DNA from: an uncultured Candidatus Binatia bacterium
GTDB lineage: Bacteria; Desulfobacterota; Binatia; Bin18
Reading direction: 5' to 3'
NCBI GenBank assembly: GCA_965214605.1
Contig: OZ243961.1
Coordinates: 1,856,001-1,920,000, forward strand
DNA: 64,000 nt
A model generated the notes under the pieces. The model worked only from the letters and a program-made list of their open reading frames with translations. It had not been told where the DNA came from and searched no databases. How positions within the stretch are numbered: position 1 is the stretch's first letter; each line of letters starts with the position of its first letter. Positions 29,612 to 38,820 of the stretch are shown in pieces. Both the position numbers and the translations under genes were made by a program.

Positions 29612-31084
29612 ATGACTGACAGTATCACTCCTGAGAGCCTGGCCCTTGCCCTCGAAACCCTCGCTCTCGAAGAGGTTGCTCCTGAACTGCTCGACCGTCT
29701 GAGACATTCTCTGAGCCAAGCCGTCGACGACACAACGGGGAATCTGCGTCATAACGCACGCCTCGTCGCCCGGCGCTCTCAGCACGGCAGCCTGAGCTTC
29801 TTTGTCCCCGATGTTTCAACACCCTACGAACCGTTACGGTTGGCAACTTTTGACCGCCACGGACGCCTGTTACTTCTCCTCAGCTGGCAAGGCAAGGAAG
29901 GTGACCGAACACTGCAACGCTTTAAGGTACGCGGACTCGATGGCCGGTTCCTCGGTGTTACCGCGGCCACAGCTTCCCATCTTGGTTGGGGCATTTCGGA
30001 CTGCCTGTGGACCTTGGATGGTGAGGTCGGTTTTCACCAACAGCGTTTTCTGACCCTTTTTCGGGCGGTGAGCTACACCGACGTGGCAGCGATCCCGCCC
30101 CTCGATGACCCCGGCACTCTGCCGACCGGAGCCGGTTCGAGCGTTCTCAATGTTTTATCGCTGCTGAGCCAAGACCAGGCCAAGCGCGTCCTCCGTTACC
30201 GCGGTCCGTATCCCAGTGAACGACTATTTGGCACCCTGCGCGAAGCATTTCATAGCGGTGGAGAAGCCGGAAACACGCGTGAACGCTTCACCCGTGGCTC
30301 CCAAGAGGCAGCCCTGCGTATGGCAATGCGAGAGGCTGAGGTCGATTGGACGCCCTCCCCATATGAATACTTCTTCCCCGCTGCCCACACCTGCGTCCAG
30401 CTGCGCAACGGGATTGAGAAGGTGTATGACCGAGGGCGGGTATACTATCATCCCAACCTGTCGATTACCGCTCACGCTTTACGGACGGAACACAGCGAGG
30501 ACGGCCAGGTGCGCTATACGGCCAGTCTGACGCTGCTCGGCCGATCGGTCGAAGATCACCTCGTTCTGAGTGCTGAGGGGAAAATCCTCGCCCGCCCCCT
30601 CCCCCCCCGACGGTGGCACGTCCGAGAGCCGAGTCAACTGTCAGACGAGTTGAAAGCGGTTTTGGTCCGTCTGATTGCGGCCGAAAGCGCCCCAGCCTTA
30701 CAGCCCGAGCTGTGGCCAGTCATCGACGCAATGCCGCTGACCTGGGGGACGGTCCAGGGCGAATTATGGGAGGAGAGAAAAACCGAGTTTGTCCTCCATG
30801 CCGGGATGGTGGCCGTCTATCGTGAGGCGGTGGCTGGAGCACGGAGCGCGGGCCAAGCGCTTTTGCTGGCCGCCCGCTTTACCTCTGAACTAGCCCGGCT
30901 CATTGGTCCCCTAGTCCGAATACGAGCCCAGCAACGCTTAGCCCAGCGCTCCCTGGAAGACCAGCAGGTGGCGCTCCTTTTTTACACTCCTGCCGACTCG
31001 GGTTTATCCGACGACGAGTTGCGTCGGGTCCTCTCACATCTGGCACTCGGGGAGGACTTACCGGTAGTGAGTGCCGAGGAATAG
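29612..31084 (+). CDS. Uncharacterised 490-aa protein
   Basis: Long ORF with AGGAGG RBS; no family confidently recognised. Confidence 0.8.
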   Translation: MTDSITPESLALALETLALEEVAPELLDRLRHSLSQAVDDTTGNLRHNARLVARRSQHGSLSFFVPDVSTPYEPLRLATFDRHGRLLLLLSWQGKEGDRTLQRFKVRGLDGRFLGVTAATASHLGWGISDCLWTLDGEVGFHQQRFLTLFRAVSYTDVAAIPPLDDPGTLPTGAGSSVLNVLSLLSQDQAKRVLRYRGPYPSERLFGTLREAFHSGGEAGNTRERFTRGSQEAALRMAMREAEVDWTPSPYEYFFPAAHTCVQLRNGIEKVYDRGRVYYHPNLSITAHALRTEHSEDGQVRYTASLTLLGRSVEDHLVLSAEGKILARPLPPRRWHVREPSQLSDELKAVLVRLIAAESAPALQPELWPVIDAMPLTWGTVQGELWEERKTEFVLHAGMVAVYREAVAGARSAGQALLLAARFTSELARLIGPLVRIRAQQRLAQRSLEDQQVALLFYTPADSGLSDDELRRVLSHLALGEDLPVVSAEE

Positions 31085-31088
31085 TCGC

Positions 31089-31985
31089 TCACCCCAGATA
31101 AGCCCCGGCAATCTCCACCGTCTGACAATGCGCCTCTACAATTACATTGATATCGTGCGCATAGCCGCCACCAAACGTCACAACAAGGGGTAGGCCGGCC
31201 TGACGGGCAAAGGCAGACACGAGCCGGTCTCGCTCTCCGACCCCGTGCATGGTCAGTTCCAACTTGCCAAAACGGTCCCCAGCCAAGACATCAACTCCAG
31301 CCTGGTAAAAAATGAGCTCGGGGGTACAACGTTCCAGGACACGCGATAGCACCATGTGAAGGCAATCCAGATACGGCTCATCGGTGGTCCGGTCAGGCAG
31401 AGCAATATCCCACGAGCTGTGCTCTTTGCGGGCGGGGTAATTGTTTTCCGCGTGCATTGAGAAGGTAAAGACATCCGGGTCGGTCTGACACAACGATGCT
31501 GTTCCATTACCTTGATGGACATCAAGGTCGATAATCAAAAAACGCTGGGCCATCCCTTCATACCGCAGGCGTCGCAGGCTAATGACCATATCGTGAAAAA
31601 TGCAGTACCCCTCGCCGTGGTCGGCAAACGCATGGTGGGTGCCACCTGCTAAATTCACCCCAAGCCCGTCGGACAGGGCGGCGCGTGCTGCGCCTAGGGT
31701 ACCGCCGACCACCAAGAAGGCGCGGCGGACTAATGCCACTGACCAGGGCAGGCCGAGCCGCAGCAGGGCTCGGCGCTCAAGGGTGCCACTGCAGAAGGTG
31801 TGTACATATCCTGCGGTGTGCACCCGCAGGATATCATCTCGCGCTATCGGTTGGGGCTCGACAAGTTCCTCTCGAGTGAGGACGCGGTTGGCCAGGAGAC
31901 GTTCCGGCACCAAACGGTATTTATCCATCGGATACGAGTGATGCCCCAGCGGAACCGTGTAGCCAGCAGAACTAAAAGCACGCAC
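31089..31985 (-). CDS. Histone deacetylase family protein
   Basis: GGTHHA, GEGYC, DLDVHQGNG, YQAGVD, GGGY. Confidence 0.93.
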   Translation of the reverse strand: MRAFSSAGYTVPLGHHSYPMDKYRLVPERLLANRVLTREELVEPQPIARDDILRVHTAGYVHTFCSGTLERRALLRLGLPWSVALVRRAFLVVGGTLGAARAALSDGLGVNLAGGTHHAFADHGEGYCIFHDMVISLRRLRYEGMAQRFLIIDLDVHQGNGTASLCQTDPDVFTFSMHAENNYPARKEHSSWDIALPDRTTDEPYLDCLHMVLSRVLERCTPELIFYQAGVDVLAGDRFGKLELTMHGVGERDRLVSAFARQAGLPLVVTFGGGYAHDINVIVEAHCQTVEIAGAYLG

Positions 31986-32145
31986 TACTTACTCTCCAAT
32001 CTTGCGGCTTGGCCCCCTAAGCCTTAGCTCAACACACACGGGACGTAAAGAAAACACCGCTGCGGCGGACATGGGCCAGACAGTTGAGGAGAGCGGGCAA
32101 ACCCGCTATGGTGAAAGATCAGGTTCAATTTTTTGTGGGTAGGCG

Positions 32146-32880
32146 ATGCGGATTACTGTACTCGGGTCGGGTGATGCCTTTAATAGCGGCGGCCGGCGTC
32201 ACAGTAGCTACTTTATTGAAGCTGAGCAGACAGGTTTCCTGCTCGACTGTGGGACAACAACCTTACTGGCACTAAAAGGACTGAAGATCCCGACTGAGCG
32301 CGTAGACTTTATTGCCATCAGCCATATGCACGGTGATCATTTTGGCGGCCTCCCTTTTTTTTTCCTGGAGAGTTTGTACCAAGAGCCCCGCTCCCGCCCG
32401 CTCGTCATTACCGGTCCCCCAAATCTCCAAACGCGCGTCGAATCACTCTATGCGGCGATGTTTGGAGAGCTAGCGGAGCGCCCACTCACCTTCCCTCTTG
32501 TGTACAAGGAACTCAGGGCCGATCGCACCGTCAGCGTGGGGGAAGTCGAGCTCACCCCCTTTGCCGTTCCTCATCTGGAAAAAGAGATGTGTTTCGGCTA
32601 TCGGACACGCTTGGACGGAAAGACCCTCCTGTACTCGGGAGACTGTGGTTGGAACGAAAACTTGGTCCAGTATTCACAAGGCGCCGACGTCTTTATCTGT
32701 GAGTGTTGCTATTTTGGCTCACAAACGCCTTTTCACCTGAGTTATCCCGAACTTGTTCGAGAACGTGATCGCTTGGGTTGTAAACGCCTTGTCCTCAGCC
32801 ATCTCGGGCGCGAAGTCCTCGCCCACCAGGGAGAGGTTCGCTTTGAATGTGCTCACGACGGCTTTGTGTTTGAGGTATAG
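32146..32880 (+). CDS. MBL-fold hydrolase, RNase Z/PhnP-like
   Basis: LGSGDAF, DCG, SHMHGDH, YSGD, LSH. Confidence 0.85.
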   Translation: MRITVLGSGDAFNSGGRRHSSYFIEAEQTGFLLDCGTTTLLALKGLKIPTERVDFIAISHMHGDHFGGLPFFFLESLYQEPRSRPLVITGPPNLQTRVESLYAAMFGELAERPLTFPLVYKELRADRTVSVGEVELTPFAVPHLEKEMCFGYRTRLDGKTLLYSGDCGWNENLVQYSQGADVFICECCYFGSQTPFHLSYPELVRERDRLGCKRLVLSHLGREVLAHQGEVRFECAHDGFVFEV

Positions 32881-32915
32881 ACCACACGCAAGAGAAGAAG
32901 AGAGGATTGGACGAG

Positions 32916-32988
32916 TGGAGCCGAGCAGGATCGAACTGCCGACCTCTTGACTGCCAGTCAAGCGCTCTCCCAGCTGAGCTACGGCCCC
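32916..32988 (-). tRNA. tRNA-Ala(GGC)
   Basis: Reverse complement GGGGCCGTAGCTCAGCTGGGAGAGCGCTTGACTGGCAGTCAAGAGGTCGGCAGTTCGATCCTGCTCGGCTCCA. Confidence 0.96.
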
Positions 32989-33037
32989 ACAAAGGCCAGG
33001 CGATGGTGCCACTTTCTGTCTCAGGAGTCAACCGTGT

Positions 33038-36000
33038 CTAGCCTGGGCCACCCGCCATAGCAATGGGCCCATCCCCAACCTCAACGGAGGCCTCAAACCG
33101 GTGGTTCAGCACGCTATAAACGCCCAGATATCCGCCCTGTCCACTCCGACCAAACAGCGAGACGTAGAAGCGCAGTCCATTTGGAGGAATAAAGATTCCG
33201 TTTGGTTCGTCATAAATCGTGCTGTAGCTCCGTCTCCTGACAGAAAGTTTATCCAGATTGGTCCGTGTTGCCGTATCAATAATTGACACCGAGTAATCGA
33301 GCGAGTTCGTAATAAAAGCCTTTCGTCCATCCGGAGAAAACGCGACCTTCTGCGGCAGGAGTCCAATACGGCCCTCATCCTCTTCCCTGGTGAGAGTCTG
33401 TACGCTGTTCGTGTTCGTGTCGATAATCGACACGCTGTTATCATCCAGATTCACGACGTACACTTCCGCAGCATGCGGGCGGACCGCGATACCGTTGGGT
33501 CCGTTGCCAACGTCGATCGTGGTCAGCAGTGTATTTGCCGCCAGATCAATAACCGAGACCGTTCCGTCCCCATAGTTCGTGACATACGCCCGTGTGCCGG
33601 CAGTATTAATTGCGATCTCTTGAGGTTCACGACCGACTCCTATGTCTGTCTCAACGGCCCGTGACGCCGTATTGATCACGCTGACCCGGCTCTGGGCTGC
33701 GTTGACTACATAGGCGTACCTTCCATCTGGTGTAAATGCCACACCAACAGGAGTGTCGCCAGCTTCAATTGTATCGATAACGGTCTTCGTGTGAAGATCA
33801 ATGACTGAAACGGACCCACTTTCTGCGTTGGTAACATACGCGACCGCTTGGGTCGGGCTGATAGCTATCCCCCGAGGATTTTTGCCAACAGGTATGGTGA
33901 GGACCTCCTCATAGTTCGTGGTGCTCACCACGGACACCGTATCATCTCCGCTATTGGCGACCAAAACCGGCGGGGCCCCCGTACAGTTGGTAAAATTTAG
34001 AGTACATCTGTCTGTACAGCTCAAACTGCCGTCAGCAAACCCTGAGCTTTGGCACGTTTGTCCACTGAGAGCCCCGCCGTCGCACTCTTCGTTGGATTCG
34101 CTACTCCCATTGCCGCATTGGCCTTGAACAACAAAACACTGGCAGCTCTCCTGCCAGATAAAACTAGCGCTGATCTCGCGCTCGTCTTGGCTCGCTTTAT
34201 CCCGAACCGTAACCTTATCAATGAATAAAGTTTCGGAAGATAATTCAACTTCTGCATCCGACATATCAAAGCTGTCAAGAAACTCCGCATCCCCCAGCCG
34301 CACGGTCTCTACGCTGCGGCTCTGGGTGTATGAAGCGCCGTTAGTGTCCTCCACGGTCAGCTCAAAGGTGTGGAGTCCAGTAGGTAAGAGATTAAAGTTG
34401 GTGACAAATCCAAAACCACTCTCCGCTGCCCACGGACGCTCAGGAAAAAATAGTTGGACGTCCTCGCGAGGAGAACAACACGGCACATCTATGGGTTCGT
34501 TGTCGTCAATTCTGATTTCAACATTGTTCAGAGCGACAGCGGGGGTATTGGCGAATGCCCAGCCCGACACCAATCCGATACCGCCGGCAAAATCTCCAGA
34601 GGGATTTTCAAAGACGGACGATAGAGGCGCACTATCGACGACGATCAAACGACCGTCGGACGCGGTGGCGATGTCAACCGGCACGCGCAGTTCAGGCCCA
34701 CTGCCGGTGTCCGGCCCAGAGATGATGGTCCGCCCGCCGTTGCTCGGATCGACACGGAACACCGCCCGGGCGCCTTCATCGAGGACGGCCAGCTGACCAT
34801 CGGCCTCAATGGCCAAGGCTCGGACTCGGTTGAAAGGGGGACCACCACCAGCCCCTGCACCCGACACAAACCTCCGAGTTCCGTTTGTTGGATCGACCCG
34901 GACAATAGCGTTCCGGCCGACATCAACAACAAACAGCTGGCCGTTGGACGCAACGTCAATGTCAACCGGGGTTATCCATCCCTCACCTGAAACAATGGTC
35001 CGCTCTCCAGTGTCCCGATCAAGACGAACAATCGCCCTGAGGCCGGCATCGGCCACCACGATCCGACAGTCACCTTCTGTGCAGTTGTTTTCGATCGCGA
35101 TACCAAACGGAGCACGCAGGTTTACCGGTTCGGCCTCATCCTCAAACTCTTCATCCGAGATGATTGTCTGGCGGCTACTAATCTCAATCACACCTGATTG
35201 GCCGGAATCCGCGATCACGAGCGTGCTCCCCAACTCCGATGGTTCAGAATAGGCCGCGAGCCCATTTGGCCGCACAAAAACCGCTCCAGCTCGAGACAAG
35301 GCTTGCCGGCGGCCTGTCACAGGATCAACCCGGATCAGAGCCTTCCGGCCAAAATCGGTCACCGCGATCTGGCCGTCGGGCTCAACCGCGACTCCTTGGG
35401 GTATCAGCCAAGTCGGTCCAGGATTGGTCTGTGTCTCGTCGCCTTCGGTCTCTTCATTGATCAGGTCTTCTTCAGTCGGAACATCCATATCAGACAGAAT
35501 CGTTCGACGGCCACTGACCGGGTCAATCCAAATGAGAGCCGGATTTTGCACCCAATCAGGTTCAGCTGCTTGGTCCTCAACGCCCATCTGAATGAGTTCG
35601 GCCGCTCGGTCTGTAGGACCCTTCTGAACAGTCTGGAGACTCTGGCTCTGTGCAGCAGTCGCAGAGGCGCTTGGCTCATCTTCGTCTTCGTTGCGCGCTG
35701 CAACAATGCCCATCGACTGCAGGTTCTCCTGCCAAGCTAGGGTGAGATCAATCTCCGCGGACTCGCCGCCGGCTCTGTCCCAGGCGACCGCTCTTTCGAT
35801 CAGAATCTTTTGTTTATCTTCGCTCAGTTCTGCCCTAGCCAGCTTGAGATCAAGCGGACGGAGAAAGTCAAATCCCCCAGGTCTGACGGTTTCAATTCTA
35901 TGTTCCCGTGTCTCTCGGGCGCCGGTCGTATCCTCAATCTCAATTGTTAGAGTATAAGCACCCTCTTCGAGCGCACTAAAATTAAAGACCCGCCCAAATC

Positions 36001-36292
36001 CACTCCGCAGAGCTTGAGGATAATCGGGATATGCAGCCGCAACATCTGCGCGTTTGGAACAGCACGGTACCCCACTGGCTTCCCCATCATCAATCCATAA
36101 ACGGACAGTGACCAACGCGCCCGGCTCAGTCGAAAAGGCCCAGCCCGATATAACGCTCACTCCGCTGATGAGCTGACCCTGAGTCGGATTTTCAAAGGAG
36201 AACTCAATAGCGGTCAGTCCGGTACGGGGGAAAACGAACACCAGACCACTCCACAAAAGCACGGCGCCGAATCGGCGCAGTAGGGACATCAT
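33038..36292 (-). CDS. Large secreted multidomain protein: two Ig-like modules, NHL-like propeller, Cys-rich repeat, YVTN/YncE propeller
   Basis: Signal peptide; duplicated FENP..SGWAF..VPCCS.R.DV..SGFG module; PxxIAVExDG repeats; CGNG...EECDG; repeated AYVTN..(S/G)(T/S)VSVID. Confidence 0.85.
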   Translation of the reverse strand: MMSLLRRFGAVLLWSGLVFVFPRTGLTAIEFSFENPTQGQLISGVSVISGWAFSTEPGALVTVRLWIDDGEASGVPCCSKRADVAAAYPDYPQALRSGFGRVFNFSALEEGAYTLTIEIEDTTGARETREHRIETVRPGGFDFLRPLDLKLARAELSEDKQKILIERAVAWDRAGGESAEIDLTLAWQENLQSMGIVAARNEDEDEPSASATAAQSQSLQTVQKGPTDRAAELIQMGVEDQAAEPDWVQNPALIWIDPVSGRRTILSDMDVPTEEDLINEETEGDETQTNPGPTWLIPQGVAVEPDGQIAVTDFGRKALIRVDPVTGRRQALSRAGAVFVRPNGLAAYSEPSELGSTLVIADSGQSGVIEISSRQTIISDEEFEDEAEPVNLRAPFGIAIENNCTEGDCRIVVADAGLRAIVRLDRDTGERTIVSGEGWITPVDIDVASNGQLFVVDVGRNAIVRVDPTNGTRRFVSGAGAGGGPPFNRVRALAIEADGQLAVLDEGARAVFRVDPSNGGRTIISGPDTGSGPELRVPVDIATASDGRLIVVDSAPLSSVFENPSGDFAGGIGLVSGWAFANTPAVALNNVEIRIDDNEPIDVPCCSPREDVQLFFPERPWAAESGFGFVTNFNLLPTGLHTFELTVEDTNGASYTQSRSVETVRLGDAEFLDSFDMSDAEVELSSETLFIDKVTVRDKASQDEREISASFIWQESCQCFVVQGQCGNGSSESNEECDGGALSGQTCQSSGFADGSLSCTDRCTLNFTNCTGAPPVLVANSGDDTVSVVSTTNYEEVLTIPVGKNPRGIAISPTQAVAYVTNAESGSVSVIDLHTKTVIDTIEAGDTPVGVAFTPDGRYAYVVNAAQSRVSVINTASRAVETDIGVGREPQEIAINTAGTRAYVTNYGDGTVSVIDLAANTLLTTIDVGNGPNGIAVRPHAAEVYVVNLDDNSVSIIDTNTNSVQTLTREEDEGRIGLLPQKVAFSPDGRKAFITNSLDYSVSIIDTATRTNLDKLSVRRRSYSTIYDEPNGIFIPPNGLRFYVSLFGRSGQGGYLGVYSVLNHRFEASVEVGDGPIAMAGGPG

Positions 36293-36323
36293 CTCTAGTC
36301 CACCTCTCCTTGAAGCCGGTCTC

Positions 36324-37154
36324 TTATTCGGAATCCCTGTCTGTTTTGGTCGTTGCGACGGCCACTACACACAGCCCGGTGGCATCAGCTTGGCGGATAA
36401 CGGAGGGTTTATCCACAATCAAAGTTGTCTCAGCCTCGACGGCAAGCACACGGGCCTCAACGGCCCGCATCTCTTGAATCGTCTCCGGTCCAACCGTCGG
36501 CACATCAAAGCGCAAATCTTGGTGTGGTTTACTAACTTTGACAATGACCAGCCCGGGACCACCCAGCTCTCCACCGCGTCGAATCGTGGCATTTGTGCCC
36601 TCCAGCCCCTCGACGGCAAACACCGTGCCGCGCTTGACCACCACGCTCTGACCAATGTCCCAGCGCCCAATTTCCTTGGCCACCTCGACCCCCAGTTGGA
36701 TGTCCTGCCACTGCTTGGCATCGGGAGCGATTTCGGTAAGCACTCCCGGCTGGGGAACCAAGTCGGACAGCAAACGGGTGGATTCCACGACCCTGATGCC
36801 TTCGCTTTCCAGCTCTTGGGCAATGCTCCGTAAGATCACGTCGTCCTTCAGACTCGGCAGCCGGCTGAGAAACGCCAGGCCGCGCGCGTCGGGTTTGATA
36901 TTGGCCAGCGCTCCGGCTTTGTGGATCCCGCCAGCCATAACAGCTTGAGTCACGCCGGCGGCTTTGAAGATATCAATAATCCTACCCAGCTCTCCCACCC
37001 GAATCCAGCTCAGATCGGATACCAGGTCATTCAGCGTTTCCAGCGTTTCGCCCTGATGGGCAACCGCCACAATGTCTATCCCTTGGGTACGGGCCGCCTC
37101 AACAAAGAGGATGGGAAAGCGGCCGTTACCGGCAATCAGCCCTAGGCGAGACAT
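36324..37154 (-). CDS. lpxI: UDP-2,3-diacylglucosamine diphosphatase LpxI
   Basis: GLIAGNGRFP, DIGQSVVV, AVEGLEGT, KPHQDLRFDVPTVG; follows lpxA. Confidence 0.93.
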   Translation of the reverse strand: MSRLGLIAGNGRFPILFVEAARTQGIDIVAVAHQGETLETLNDLVSDLSWIRVGELGRIIDIFKAAGVTQAVMAGGIHKAGALANIKPDARGLAFLSRLPSLKDDVILRSIAQELESEGIRVVESTRLLSDLVPQPGVLTEIAPDAKQWQDIQLGVEVAKEIGRWDIGQSVVVKRGTVFAVEGLEGTNATIRRGGELGGPGLVIVKVSKPHQDLRFDVPTVGPETIQEMRAVEARVLAVEAETTLIVDKPSVIRQADATGLCVVAVATTKTDRDSE

Positions 37155-37190
37155 TCTGTCTGCAATCTGTTGGCGAGAGTCCGCCCGACC

Positions 37191-38018
37191 CTAGCGAGAA
37201 GCCTCATCGGTGTCAGCAGACACCCCGCTCCGCGGTCGACACACTCCGCGCTCGGAATGCGCAATGAACTTCACGAGGTGAGCGATCTCGGGACAGGTGC
37301 TATACTCCTGACCGACACGGGCAAGAGCCTGTTTGAACGGTTTGTCCTCGACAAACAAGGTTCGATAGACCTTTTTCAGTATCTCCAGCTGGTCGGTCGT
37401 AAACCCGCGCCGTTTGAGCCCGATCAGATTTAAGCCAAACAGATAGGCCCGATCTCCTTGCGCCATGCAGTACGGGGGAACATCAAGAGAGACCATGGCT
37501 CCGGCGCCTAAAATCGCGGATTCGCCAATCCGAGCGAATTGATGGATGCCGGCCAGGGCACCAACTACCACAAAGTCTTCAAGCGTGACATGGCCGCCCA
37601 AATTGGCGCTGTTTGCCATCACAATATGATTGCCCAGCGTGCAATCGTGAGCGACGTGCGAATAGACCATAAATAGATTATGGTCACCGACTCGAGTGAC
37701 CAGGCCGCCTGCGGTCGTACCGGGCTGGAGAGTGGCAAACTCCCGAACGGTATTGTGGTCGCCAATAATCAGCCTGCTGTCTTCGCCAGCGTATTTTTTA
37801 TCCTGGGGAATCGCTCCGATACTGGCAAATTGAAAAATGTGGTTCTGCCGCCCAATTGTCGTCCGGCCTTCAATAACGGCATGTGGACCAACCTGGGTCC
37901 CTCGTCCGATCCGGACGTTCGGCCCAATGACCGTATACGGTCCAACCTGGACTCCGCTATCGAGCTCGGCACCCGGCGCAACGACTGCCGAGGGGTGTAT
38001 ATGTGTGGCTGCCGTCAT
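37191..38018 (-). CDS. lpxA: Acyl-ACP--UDP-GlcNAc O-acyltransferase
   Basis: Hexapeptide repeats, PQDKKY, HVAHDC, GIHQF, GLNLIGLKRRGF. Confidence 0.97.
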   Translation of the reverse strand: MTAATHIHPSAVVAPGAELDSGVQVGPYTVIGPNVRIGRGTQVGPHAVIEGRTTIGRQNHIFQFASIGAIPQDKKYAGEDSRLIIGDHNTVREFATLQPGTTAGGLVTRVGDHNLFMVYSHVAHDCTLGNHIVMANSANLGGHVTLEDFVVVGALAGIHQFARIGESAILGAGAMVSLDVPPYCMAQGDRAYLFGLNLIGLKRRGFTTDQLEILKKVYRTLFVEDKPFKQALARVGQEYSTCPEIAHLVKFIAHSERGVCRPRSGVSADTDEASR

Positions 38019-38494
38019 GATTGCTTCCCATCTTTTCGCTTGTCAGCTTTACGACTGTCATGAAGGTCCGCTTCCGCAAGCGTAAATTCCAGTTCAGCCG
38101 CCACCGTATTGGCCACCGAGACAGTACCACGCATCTTCCAAAATTTTCCCCGCCGGTGGACGGTTTCGGACTCCAAACGGAGTTGATCTCCCGGAATGAC
38201 TTGGCGCCGAAAGCGCACCCTGTCCAGCGCTGTCAGCAGCGCATATTGGGGCCGGTTGATCCCTTCTGGAACAGACGAACATACTAGGATGCCTCCGGCT
38301 TGAACAACCGCTTCACACAGCAAGACGCCGGGCATGACTGGATAATCGGGAAAATGACCTGGGAAGAAAGGCTCATTGATGGTCACGTTTTTGAGCGCCA
38401 CGATCCGCTCGGCAGCGACGATCTCCACGACCCGGTCGACGAGCAGGAAAGGATAGCGGTGGGGCAGCAGGGCCGCGATAGGCAGGGTATCCAT
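38015..38494 (-). CDS. fabZ: 3-hydroxyacyl-ACP dehydratase
   Basis: LPHRYPFLLVDRV, KNVTINEPFFPGHFP..PVMPGVL. Confidence 0.97.
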   Translation of the reverse strand: MDTLPIAALLPHRYPFLLVDRVVEIVAAERIVALKNVTINEPFFPGHFPDYPVMPGVLLCEAVVQAGGILVCSSVPEGINRPQYALLTALDRVRFRRQVIPGDQLRLESETVHRRGKFWKMRGTVSVANTVAAELEFTLAEADLHDSRKADKRKDGKQS

Positions 38495-38524
38495 ACAGGC
38501 AGAGAGTGGAGCACGAGCCGTGGA

Positions 38525-38794
38525 CTAGCGTCTCAGCTGCGTAATCTTCCTCCCTCTTTTATTGTAGGCAGAAATCACGGGTACGGATGCGGTGAGCCCA
38601 ATGATTGCTGCATCGAAGAAGCGGTTCACTGCGGCACTACACACCTCTGTGGCTGTTCTACCAGCGTTCGAACCGGTCAGCTCCAGCAGGAGGCCAACAT
38701 TGCCAATCTTCATCTTCCGGTCAGCAACGGCCCGGCCGGGCAGAGATACCAGGTTCAGCGCGCGGAGAAAAACTCCGAGACCAGTACACCGCAC
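38525..38794 (-). pseudogene. skp: Internally deleted Skp/OmpH remnant
   Basis: Between bamA and fabZ; signal-like N-terminus, MKIGNVG...SNAGRTA and C-terminal IGLTASV.VISAYNK resemble the two OmpH ends; central coiled coil missing (89 aa). Confidence 0.6.
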
Positions 38795-38820
38795 AGAGGT
38801 TCTCCACTATTCGGCTGGGA

